Assembly: GCF_048593235.1 (NCBI RefSeq)
Contig: NC_133623.1
Coordinates: 71,886,066-71,950,065, forward strand
Length of the DNA: 64,000 nt
Source of the DNA: Sminthopsis crassicaudata
Taxonomy: Eukaryota
Reading direction: 5' to 3'
Of the stretch, positions 13,219 to 23,631 are shown one piece after another. Made by a program: the position numbers and the translations under genes. Every line of letters begins with the position of its first letter. Within the stretch, counting starts at the first letter, position 1. The notes under the pieces were generated by a model. That model was not told the DNA's origin. It did no database searches and worked only from the letters and a program-made list of their open reading frames with translations.

Positions 13219-13899
13219 GGCACATGTTCATTCCTTAAATTATTTTTTCTTCTGGCTTCAATGGATAATAATGATGAAAATATAACCTGTTGGTCCTATA
13301 ATCTTCAGTTTTTTCTGCAAGATTTTGTTATCACTAGCAATATAATCAGTGAAGCTGATAAATAAATCAAAAACGTCTGAAAAGACTCCCACCTCTGCAA
13401 AGTAGTGGCAGGAAGAGGTGTCTTTTCATGTTCTCTTTTGGGGACCACTATCTTTCTTTGTAATCTTGTAACCTCAATCTTCTGATTTTTAGCTTTTTAA
13501 AAAACTCAATAATATTTTATTTTCTAAATTCATTTAAAAATACTTTTCAACTTATTTTTGTAAGATTTTCTTCCAAATTTCTCTCTCTCCTTCCCTTACC
13601 TCCCCTCTCCTCAAGACAGAAACCATCTGGTATAGGTTAAACATGTGCAATTTGTAGCCTCAGTTTCCAATTGTTTTGTAGTCAGGAGTCAAAGAGCATC
13701 ATGTTAAGAATCCCTGTTGTTGGGTACAACAATGAGATAACATAACCAAAACTTCTGAACAATTAACAAAAGATAAAGATTTTGTTAGTGGGGGAAGTGG
13801 GAGAAAGTTTATCGGTTCTTTTCTAGTCTTCTCCATCTGGGCCAAATCTTATAATTTGCAGAAAAAAGAAAGACGAAGGGGAAGAAAGGGTAAAGCAAC

Positions 13900-14120
13900 T
13901 CCACCATCACATGTAGCTGTGCCGAGTTGTTTTTCAGTCATGTCCAACTCTTTGTGGCCCTATTTGGGGTTTTCTTGGCAAAGATACTGGAGTGGTTTGT
14001 CATTTCCTTTTCCAGATCATTTTACAGATAAGGAAACTGGGATAAACAGGGCAAAGTGACTTGCCCAGGGTCACACAGCTAGTAAGCTTCTGAGGACAGA
14101 TTGGAAGTCAGGAAGCTGAC
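13900..14120 (-). mobile_element. MAR1-type SINE
   Basis: Reverse complement of the MAR1 tail and CORE (ttcagtcatgtccaactc..ggttttcttggcaaagatactggagtggtttg). Confidence 0.8.
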
Positions 14121-15129
14121 TCAGGAAGAAGCCATACTCTTTTTAAAGAAGAAATACCTGAGTATAATCAGTTCTGGCATCTATATACTGTGTGTTTCAA
14201 AAACATAATATATTAAGGAACAAAAACTTCAGCTTTCCTCACAGATGGTTTCTTCCATAAAAAAAAAAAAAGTGGGAACACAGAAAACTGCACTTCAAAA
14301 TAACCCCCAACTACTGATGGCCACTTCTGCAAGCAAGGGAAAAGTCTTTATCTTATGTATTGTGTATGTTCTAATACAGTAGAAACTGTGGATGGAGGAG
14401 GGCCGGTCCACAACACCTCCAAACCTACCCTCATCCCCTTTGGCCCCTACTCTCATCCCCTGTAGGTCCCAAGGTCCAAAGCCTGCTCGGTTTGCTTATA
14501 CAGACTAGGGTGCAGGCCAAGGAGAATCCTGAGGCTATAGACTGGGTCACTATTTTTTATAGCATTTATTTATTCTTAACCATTAAATATAAGGAAAACA
14601 ATTTTACTGAGGTTTTTTTTTGTTTTTTGTTTTTGTTTTGTTTGTTTGTTTTTTGTTTTTTGGATGTGTTGCTGATGAAATTTCTTTTTACACTGTTGTT
14701 AGGATATAAATCATTTCCTAGTTCTCATTTAACTATATCATTTATACACATCTTCCCAGGTTTCTCTGAAACTGTCTTTTTTGGTTTCTTACAACACATA
14801 GTATTCTATGATATTCATATACCATAATTTTGTCAGTCATTTCCCCATAGATGGACACCCCACTGGTTTCTAGTTCTTTGCCAATACAAAAGGAGCTATC
14901 TACACATGAGGACTTACCCTCATTCTTTGATCTCTTTGGAGATCAAAGGCCTTGTAGCAATATTGCCGGGTCAGTTGAACAGCTTTTGGACTGGTCCAGT
15001 TGACAGCTCCATCCACAATGCCTTGTGCTAGCTGACACCTGTCTCCTTTCTGATGACATGGTTTCCCTGAGCACCCTATTGTGCACTAGTTGCGCTGTGA
15101 ATCATTCTCTCCTCTCACTAGTTGAGGCT

Positions 15130-15900
15130 GGGGAGTTGGAATACTTGTGGTTCCCCGTGGCCATTTCCAGGCTCCCTCTCCCACCATAGATATTGATTCG
15201 ATCCATATTTAACACCCAATTAAGATTTCTAATAACTGCTATCTACAGATCTGCAGACCACTCCCCTTCCTTCCTCAGGGAATTCAGTACTGGCTAACAG
15301 ACTTTCCTCCCCAATTCATGCAAGAGGACCTCAGCATATTCAACAAATATTGTGATAATCTTTCATTTACCACAGTTCTTCAACTTAGTCATTCCCCATG
15401 ATGTCCTCCTCCTCCTCCTCCTCCCACCACGGCTACCTACAGAGGTGGTCTTAGCCTTGATAGTGCCATCACCCTATGCTTTGCTCGTCAAAACCCTATT
15501 CTTCATCCTCCTCAAGACATCCATCCTTCCACTCTTCCTCTCTTTCTCAGGTCAGCATCCTTGCTATGGATACATGCTCTTGTTTTTCTCATCTTTGCCC
15601 CTTTGGTGAAATAGTTCAACACTCCAAGGCCCTCTTCCCTTGCCTCTGTGCCATATTAACAATCTCGTCCTTTTAGTCTCCACATTGGTTTTCCTCTCCT
15701 CTTTTTTTTTCTACTTACTGGCTACTGAACAAAGCTGGAGGAAGTCAGGAAAGTCTGCTGACTGATTTGTGTTCTAGACCCCCAACTGCGTTCTCACTGA
15801 AGCAAGGCAATCCTGCCATATTTCCTTAATCTACTCTCCCACTCACCACAGTGGCTTTGTCAGTCTATGCAATCCCTCTTCAAATCTCCCACAGCTCTTT
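15130..15900 (+). mobile_element. L2 LINE ORF2 endonuclease-region fossil
   Basis: Translates IYRSADHSPSFLREFS and PTYRGG..LD-like L2 endonuclease motifs. Confidence 0.7.
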
Positions 15901-15929
15901 CCATGTGGTCAGCCTTATGACAATGCAGG

Positions 15930-16694
15930 TACTCACACATGCACACACCACACAAACAAGCATGCAGCACAGCACACAAATGAACACGCAAACTCACGTA
16001 TGCACACACTCAGTTGTACATGCATACTCACACAAAACATGCTTGGACAGGTATTTTTGCATTTACATGTAAAACTCTCACACAGAAACATGCAGATTCA
16101 TAAATACCCACAAGTGTGTGTACATTCCGTGACACATGAACACACTCACAAATGGGCACACACATACACAAATGTGCACTTACATACATGCACACGATCA
16201 CCCGATATACATGAGCATGCTCTCACAAATAAGCAAACATACAGTGACGATGTTTGGGTGTGTGCCTGTTTGTGAGTGCTCTAGAAACGCATGTGAGAGT
16301 GTATTTGTATATTTTGCATGACTATGTGAAAGCACCTAAGTCATTTTGTGTACATGTGTGCCTGTTTATGAGTGCTCTGTACATATAAAGGTGTGTTTGG
16401 GTCTCTCCTGTGGCTGTGTGTATGCATGTAAGTGCCTGTTTGTATAAGTGTGTCCCTGTTTGTGAGTGCTGTACACAACTAAGAGTGTGTTTGTATATCT
16501 TGTGCAACTCTGTGCACATGTATAAGTGAACGTTTATGTACAGATGTGACTGTGTTTATACACATGTGAGAGTGTGCTTGTGTATCTTGTGTGACCATGT
16601 CCATGTGGACATGTCACACATATTCATATATGTGTGTTCCTGTTGTGTAAGTGCATATTCATATGTGTCCCTATTTGTGGAAGTGCATATTAAC

Positions 16695-16734
<40 letters not shown>

Positions 16735-17470
16735 CCCTGTTTGTCTAAGTGCATATGAGAATATGTTTGTGTATCTAGTGTGACTTTGTGCATGTAAGTG
16801 AATGTTTGTGCATGTGTGTGCCTGTTTGTGAGTGCTCTGCACATGTGAGAATATATTTGTGTATCTTGTATGACTGTGTGCATATGTGTAAGTGCATGTT
16901 TGTGTACGTGCCTGCAAATTTGAAAGAGTTTATGTATGTTTGTGAGTGCACACAAGTGAGAGTGTTTGTGTATTTTGTGTGCCTATTTGTAAGTACTTTG
17001 AGTATGTGAGTGTGTTTGTGTATCTTTTATGACTGTGTGTGAGTGCATGTTTGTGTATATGTGTCCCTGTTTATGAATGCTCTAGATATGTGAGAGTGAG
17101 TTTATGTATGTGTGTGCCTGTGAGGATTTGTGTACATGTGAGTGTGTATGTACACCTTGTGTGAATGTGTGCCAGTGTGTAGGTTTCTGTGAATGTGTGC
17201 CTATTTGTGACTGCTCTGCACATGTGAGAGTGGGTTTGTCTATGTGTGTGCCTGTGTTTCTGTACATGTGTGTATCTTGTGTGATTGTGTGCATGTGTGT
17301 AAGTGCATGTGTGTGTACACCTGTTTCTGAATGCCCTACAAGGCGAGTGTGTTTGTGTATTTTGTGTCCCCATTTGTGAGTACTCTGCACATGAGAGAAA
17401 GTAATTTGGTGCATGTGTTTAAGTGCATGTTTGTGTATATATGTGCCTGTTTGTAAGTGCTCTGCACATG
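15930..17470. repeat. Degenerate CA/TG minisatellite with an internal inversion
   Basis: CA-rich 15930-16240, then TG-rich 16250-17470. Recurring motif gtg(c/t)c(c)tgtttgtgagtgctctgcac occurs in both orientations. Confidence 0.9.
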
Positions 17471-17879
17471 TGAAAATGACATTGGGACCCAAACTGTGTT
17501 TGTCTTTTGAGGTTTTGCTTATTGATATTATGTGGAATTATTATATTGTTTTGAGTTGGGGTCTTTGGGACTATGTTTGGGGAAGAGTTCTTTAACTTGA
17601 GCTTCCCTTATTTTTTATTATTCTCTTATTTCCATTGTTCTCTGTCTTTCTGAAAGGTAAAAAATAGACTAAAAAAAATCTCCATTTTATTGTTGAGGAA
17701 ACTTAGAAGTTAAATGACTTGTCCAGCATCATGCAGTCCTATGCTGTTAGGTGAGATTTGAACTCAGATCTTCCTTTCCCCAAAGTCCAGTGCTCTGTCT
17801 ACTGTACTACTCAGCTTTTATCCAGAAAACCTAGCACCAATATTAGGCTGCAGCTAAATAACTATGGGAAGCCTAAAGT

Positions 17880-18890
17880 CATGTTCACCAAACCCTAATT
17901 GGGGTCAGCAGGTTACAAGTTCAGACTAAAAGGACAATGGTTATACTTTACCCTAGATAGTATGACTGCAGCTTCCTGGCCTGAGCCACTCTTAAGATTA
18001 CTGAAGAACATAGGATTGAATATCAGAGAAAACTGGAACAAGATCCCAGACAGTATCACTTAGGACCTAATACTTTAACGTTCTTTCTAAAAGTAGGCAG
18101 AGTGTCATCGGGGGGAGGGAATAGAGGGAGGAGGGGGATAAGTTGGAAAAATGAATACAAGGGATAATATTATAAAAAATATATATATATAATAAAAAAT
18201 TAATTAAAAAAATAATAAAAGTAGGCAGAGGTTGGCTCCAGCATAGACTCCCAATTTAGGAAGGATGCTTTTTAAACTAGATGGGTTTAGCTATGGGTTC
18301 TATTGCTTCCTCCTACTCTCTCATAATTGTCAGTTGCTTCTACCTCTCCGTGCCCCCCTCCCCACTTCTTATGGATATATAATGACTTCACATCACTAGA
18401 AAGAAAAACCTGGAAAGGATTTCTAGGAATGATTTGTAGGAATTTTTTTTTCTCAGGAAACTAAAATAAAATAAAATAAACAGGTATCTCAGGATACCTG
18501 TGGTTTTACTTCTTTTGAATGACAGTTGGGGCTTTGAAGAGAGAGGATATGAGAAGTAAACAGCTGGATATTCAGGTGATGTGTCAACAGGACATAGGTT
18601 GATACCATCTGAAGAAATTGGGAATGTTATCACTAGTAGTAGTAGCTGGTGCTTCTCTAGCTCCTCAACATTTGCAAATTACTGAACAAACTATCTCATT
18701 TGAACATTACAACAGCTTTGTTTGGGTAAATGCTATCATTGCCTCCATTTTCTGGATGAGAATACTGAGGATTACAGAGAAAAATGAAGGTTCCCACGAT
18801 CTTGTAAATAGCAAGTATAGGAGCCAGCGAGTCAATCCAGTTCCTTCTGAGGCCAGGAGAGGACATTTCCACTTGACAAGGATGCTCTAA
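17880..18890 (+). pseudogene. Degraded endogenous bornavirus-like nucleoprotein element (EBLN)
   Basis: Collinear matches to recalled BoDV-1 N across frameshifts: [17 protein letters not shown] (18265-) vs [27 protein letters not shown] (18384-18429) vs [17 protein letters not shown] (18488-18505) vs LTIPVV; LAPxTFANY*TNYLI* (18657-18703) vs [24 protein letters not shown] (18810-) vs ARYRRREI. The 5' boundary is approximate. Confidence 0.72.
18089..18230 (+). mobile_element. Extremely 5'-truncated L1 3' end (~115 bp) with 14-bp TSD, inserted in the EBLN
   Basis: TSD aaaagtaggcagag at 18089-18102 and 18217-18230; G-rich L1 3' UTR and A-rich tail between. Confidence 0.85.
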
Positions 18891-20616
18891 TTAGAAGAAA
18901 GATTAGGGATTTTCCAAGCTGGGAAGGGATAAATGAACAGGTTCTCTTTCTGAATTCAGAAAGAGGTGTCCTGCTCCCCCAAAGGAACATAGAAACAATC
19001 ACTGATCAACTTTCCAATAAGACATATGGTTGTTTGAGATGTGTAAGAAAACTCCTTGCATCAATCTTTGGAACTGACTGTTTCTGATCAGCATAGCCTA
19101 GGTCTTGACTAAAGGATCTCTAAGCAGCAGACAGGGATGAGGCAGCTTCCCAGCCATTCTATTCAAACATTGCAGCCCCCATAACTGAATAAAGTTCTCT
19201 CACGGCAAAGAAACAGCCTTAGCATTTGGAACAGAAAGAAATACCTTCATAGGTTTCACTGAGAGGGGACTTGAATCTGACACTAGTCCCTGCTTAAGGG
19301 AAATAACTGTGACGGGGCTGCCAGTAAAGAAATATGTGCCAAGAAGAGACGCGAAAGTGTGGGAGTCCATGTGAGGGAAAATCGTGGTGGGGAGCACTGG
19401 GGTGAAGAAAAGAGGGGCAGCTGCAGTTGGGGACAAATGGAAGAAATGCATTTTGATTATGTAATATAGATGACAAAGCTAGGACACGCTCAGATCACAG
19501 GAGTAATGAGAACCTTTGATCCTCCGGATCTAGTGCCTTTCCACTGATAGTTTAGCTCTCTCAGAAGGCAAAGGGAATCGCAAGGTGGTTTGCTCCAGAC
19601 TTGATTGTGACTCCACAGGGGGTCAAATCCTAGTTTTTCTTACTTTCTCTAGAAAGTATCTCTAGATACTGAGCTTCGGGTTTTGTTTTTTTGTTTTTTT
19701 TTTTTTTTTCCTGGAGGGGGTGGAACTAGAGAGCTCTCAAGGCTCCTTACAACCTGTTGATTTGGGCGATGTCAATTCTAGGACTGAACTCTAGTCTCAG
19801 CACTATTGGTGTGAGACCTTGAACAAGCCCCTTTTCTGGGCCTCTCCCCCCCCCCCCCCTTCCTCAGATGCAGGGATTGAACAGAAGCTTTCTGGAAGGG
19901 ACCTGGAAGTTTTAAAACCTGTCTAACCTGCAAACTTTGGGCTATTATGGGTCTCCATTTCTCTGCAAAAGGAGTGAGAGGGGCTCATTTTCAGGGCAGC
20001 CCACAATTTTAGGAGAGTGCTACCACAAGCAAGCCCCTTCTCTTGTCACAAGGAGGAAGGCTGAGGGGAGATCGGTCCCGGAGAGCCTACCCGGCTTGGG
20101 GTCTAGCCTGAACAGGGTAGTTATATTCACAGGCTCCTCCACCTTCCCGGGACGGGGTGGGCGACCGCTTGCTCCGGGTGGGGGAAGGAGAGACAGGCAG
20201 GGCAGGGGGCATGGGAGGGAGGTTCTCCCTGGGATGGGAGGAAGGAGGGTGGTAGCCCCACATCCATCCAAGGGCATTACTTGGACAAGACGACTTTTGG
20301 GTGGCCCCCTCGGTTTCCTAAATTGAGAGGTCGTTGCACGTGGTGACCCCAAGTTCAGACTTTCCCTTCTTGCCCTCCCCGGGCTCCAGTCTCCCTCTTG
20401 CTACAATGCTTTACACGAGTGTGTACCGGGAGGGAGGGGGGAGGGAGGGAGGTTGTCCTTGAGGACGCTTCCCTCCTACCGTGCGGTTGCTCGAGCACTC
20501 CCCCCCGCCCCTCGCGCGGAAGGTTTTTTCCCCCGCTTCCAGAGACCCGTTAAACCCCTCTCCAAAGCCCCCCCGCCTCGGCGGCAGAAGTGGGCGAGTC
20601 CCTTCCAGAGTCCCAG

Positions 20617-20737
20617 CCAATAGGAACGCGAGAGCAGCTTGGGCGGGGAGGAAAAGGGGGGACAGGGACCCGGATAGGAGCGGCTAGGTGAGAGCGGCGG
20701 GTGTGCGAATCCCGTGACGTCACTAGATCCGACCAAT
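20617..20737 (+). promoter_or_regulatory. HAUS7 core promoter motifs: CCAAT (20617-20621), GC box (~20640-20648), palindromic CRE GTGACGTCAC (20714-20723), CCAAT (20733-20737)
   Basis: Motifs read directly, about 75-195 bp upstream of the ATG. Factor binding (NF-Y, Sp1, CREB/ATF) is inferred. Confidence 0.75.
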
Positions 20738-20812
20738 GAAAAGGCGCACCCTGTGAGCGCGCGGACCCTGCGATCTGTTGGTTCTGTTTGTTGTCCGGTA
20801 GCAGGAGCGACG

Positions 20813-21226
20813 ATGGCCGAGCGTTGGAGCGGATTTGGGGAGGCCGACAGCGATCAGGAGGTGGCGAACGCCAGAAACAGGCAGTGGGAAGAGTTGTGGG
20901 GCACAGAGGAGAACGACTGGGCAGACGAGGAAGACGAGGACGAGGACGAGGAGCCCGAAGACAGGGAGGACGAGGACGAGGAGCCGGAGAGGGACGACGA
21001 AGACGAGGACGAGGACGACGAATGGCAGAGCGTGATCGAGGGGAACTGGGAGGTCGAGGAGGAGGAGGAGGACTACGATTGGGAGGAAGAAGAGCAGCAG
21101 CAGGTGAAGCTGGAGGAGAAGCAGGAGACGACGGTGGTCCAGGACCAACCCGAACAGATGGAGGAGGACGAGGAGGAGGACTCCCAGCTCTCTCTAGAGG
21201 CTCTCCGGGTGCTGGACAGGTTAAAG
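20813..21226 (+). CDS. HAUS7: HAUS7 coding exon 1 (138 codons; long acidic N-terminal extension, then start of the conserved region)
   Basis: ATG in good context (GCGACGATGG) inside the CpG island. Ends SQLSLEALRVLDRLK, which aligns with human SSVSRAAVEVFGKLK (recalled). Donor AAG|GTGCGG, phase 0, in frame with exon 2. Confidence 0.9.
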
Positions 21227-21559
21227 GTGCGGGGCGGAAGGGGCCAGGGCCGCCGCGGCAGAGCGTTTTTAGTGGGAGGGGTGATGCCTAGGCTGAGGAC
21301 GCCGGGTGGGGGCACGGCGAGGTGGGGGGGGGGGGAGAAACTCCAAAGAAGGATGCTGAGGACGGAATGCTGGGTGGGGGGAGACGCCGGGGTGCCCTGG
21401 GGTGGGAATGGGGGTGGGGAGGGAGTCCTGGATCACCAGGGGGTCTACTGCCAGAGAGTCGAGAGAGGAGACTGAGGCCCAGGGAAGGGAGAGGGATTGA
21501 GCGAGCAAACTGTGTTTGAATCTTGCGTCCTTCCAGGTAGTCCTCCGCTGGGCTTGCAG

Positions 21560-22420
21560 CCCTCTCTACCTACACTTCCTCGCGCCCTCTCGCCTCCTTT
21601 TTCGTCTCTTCTTCCTCCGCTTCTCTTCCTTTCCTCTACTCTCTTCTTCCTTCCCACTTTTTCTCTTCTCTCCCCTCTTTCCCCGTCCCTTTCCTTGCCC
21701 CTCGTTTCATCCTTTTCCTTTTTCTTTTCCTTTCCCTTCCCCCTCCTCTTCCTTCTCCTTTCCTTCCCCTCCTCTCCCTTCCCGACTTTGCCTTTTCCTT
21801 CCCCCCCCACGCTTTTTCCCTCCTCCATTCCGCCCTTTTCCTCCATTCCTCTTACCTGCCTTCCCTCCCCCTCCTCATTCTACTCCGTCCTGCCTTTCCT
21901 TCTCTCTTCCTCTTTTCCCTCCCCTCCTTCCTTATTCTCTCCTTCCTTCCTCGCTTTTCCTTACCACCTTTCCCTTCCTGCTTCCCCCTTTCTGCCTCCC
22001 TTACCCCTCCCCCTCATATTCCTTCCTTATCTCCAAGAATTCCCCTCTTCCCCTTCCCCTCCTTCATTCCTACCCGTTTTCAACCTTCTTTCCTCTCCCT
22101 TTTGTCCTCTCCTCCTCTTTATATTCTTCCTCCCTTTCTATATCCTCCTCCCTTTCCTTTCCTTCTTTTTCCTCATCTCTTCCTCTTTTTCTCCCCATCT
22201 TTACTACCTCCTCTCTTTTTTTTAAGCTCCTCTTCCCCCTTCTTCCACTTTCCTTTCTTTCCCCTCCCACTTCTTCCCTCTCCCTCTTCACTTCTCCCTC
22301 CTTTTCCCTTTCTCTTCCTTTCCATGTTTTCTTCTCTTTCTCTCCCTTTTCTTCCTCCTTCCTTCCCTCCCTCATTCCATCTTCTACCCTTTCCTTCTTC
22401 CATCTTCCTCCAGGGCCCGT
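21560..22420 (+). repeat. ~860-bp polypyrimidine (CT-rich) low-complexity tract in HAUS7 intron 1
   Basis: Almost exclusively C/T on the + strand. Confidence 0.95.
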
Positions 22421-22439
22421 CCCCTCCAAGGATTGATAA

Positions 22440-23000
22440 ACCCACAGGCCTCCCCCTTTCTTCCACAGTGTACATTTCCAAGCAATTTCTGCCCCATTGT
22501 TGTTGCTTTTGCTATGTCTTGCTGTCCTCTATAAACCTCAGTAGCTCCCTAGTGTCTCAGTGATCAGACAGAGGGACTCCTAACCCAGCTTTCCGGACAC
22601 TCTACACCTCTCCAGCTTCAGCTCCCCCTGGGCTCCCCTCACATACCCTGTACTCCATTGAAACTGGACCACTTGGCTCACACTAGCATTGCTGTGCTTG
22701 TCTACCTCCTTTCCTTGGCTCACACTGTTCTCTCGGCCCCCACCAGAAATACCAACTCCCATTTTTGTGTGACTTTAGGATTTAGAAAATTTAGGGAGTA
22801 CTTACACATCCTTCTAAGGTTCTTTCCAGGAAGCCTTCTCTGCTCAATGTAGGCAGAAAGGAGTTCTTATTCTCCTAAACCCTTTTTTAAACTGTATATC
22901 ATGTTTGACCTTATGTTAGAGTCACATATATTCATATTTAATTGTCTTGTGCTGAACTGTTTCTAATTTTTTTCTTTTTGTCCCCTGCCATATCTAGTGT
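22440..23000 (+). mobile_element. L2 3' fragment
   Basis: L2-typical ccagctt..cagctcccc..ctggaccacttgg..ggaagccttctc text. Confidence 0.6.
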
Positions 23001-23515
23001 GATGCCTCTCAAGTAAATAAGTAAATATAAATATAGTTCATAAATAAATCTAAATATGTATTTTATAAATAAATATAAGTAGTAAATAAGCATGAAATGA
23101 CTAAGGTAGATTTCAGTTAAAGCAAGCCCTTTAAATAGCTATGAGTGTTGCAAAATGAAAATACTTTGTGTTATGAAAATTGACTAAGAAGAATAAGTAT
23201 GTTAAATTTGGTAAACCAAGAGATCATTAGTAGCCTTGGAGAAGGATGAGCTGAGTAGCTGAGTCAGAAGTCAGATTACAAAGGATTGTGGATGTTGTGC
23301 AGAGCTGGATATTCCAAGAAGCTTAGCTGAGAAGAGCTAGCTAGGGGATGAGAGCTCCCAGAGCTGGGTGAACCTGATGACTGCATGATCATTTGTTGGG
23401 GTTACTGCAAAAATGTTTTGGCCATAGGTTGGGGGGAAAGGGGGGGGTCAAACTATTTATTAAGACCTCTCCTCGTCCTTTTAACTACAACTGATTTTTC
23501 TTTTTCCTAATTCAG

Positions 23516-23631
23516 AGCTTGAACTGTCCATTCATCAAAGGTCTTTATAAAAGTAAGCTGAAGACAGCCAAACAGTTCCTGTGTACTCCTTCAAATTACC
23601 GTTTGGATATTCTGGCATGGTTATTTACACG
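23516..23631 (+). CDS. HAUS7: HAUS7 exon 2 (116 nt) SLNCPFIKGLYKSKLKTAKQFLCTPSNYRLDILAWLFTR
   Basis: Pyrimidine tract with ttcag acceptor; donor CG|GTAATG. Ungapped match to human [39 protein letters not shown]. Confidence 0.95.

Larger units (their letters stand above)
20090..21460. promoter_or_regulatory. CpG island covering the HAUS7 promoter and exon 1
   Basis: Visibly high GC and CpG density against a CpG-poor background; no TATA box seen. Confidence 0.9.

Noticed and set aside
15851-17595. Many C/V/Y-rich or H/T-rich ORFs
   Set aside because: Translations of the CA/TG minisatellite.
1-17800. BGN or ECMX (ECM2-like) exons expected upstream from human synteny
   Set aside because: No LRR or VWC coding exon is recognisable; the region is explained by repeats.
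18618-19090. Filovirus NP-like similarity (LVV..A.L.....QI; ERGV)
   Set aside because: Spacing is inconsistent and the matches are few. Bornavirus N explains more motifs in the correct order. A formal search should still include filoviral NP.
20714-21475. The 253-aa ORF taken as a single-exon gene; TRIM41/TRIM44/TRIM52-like acidic protein considered
   Set aside because: It starts at a GTG inside the CRE and reads through the exon-1 donor. The spliced product aligns with HAUS7, and no RING or B-box is present.
21269-22563. Long F/P/S/L-rich and E/K/G/R-rich ORFs on both strands
   Set aside because: Artefacts of the stop-poor CT/GA low-complexity tract.
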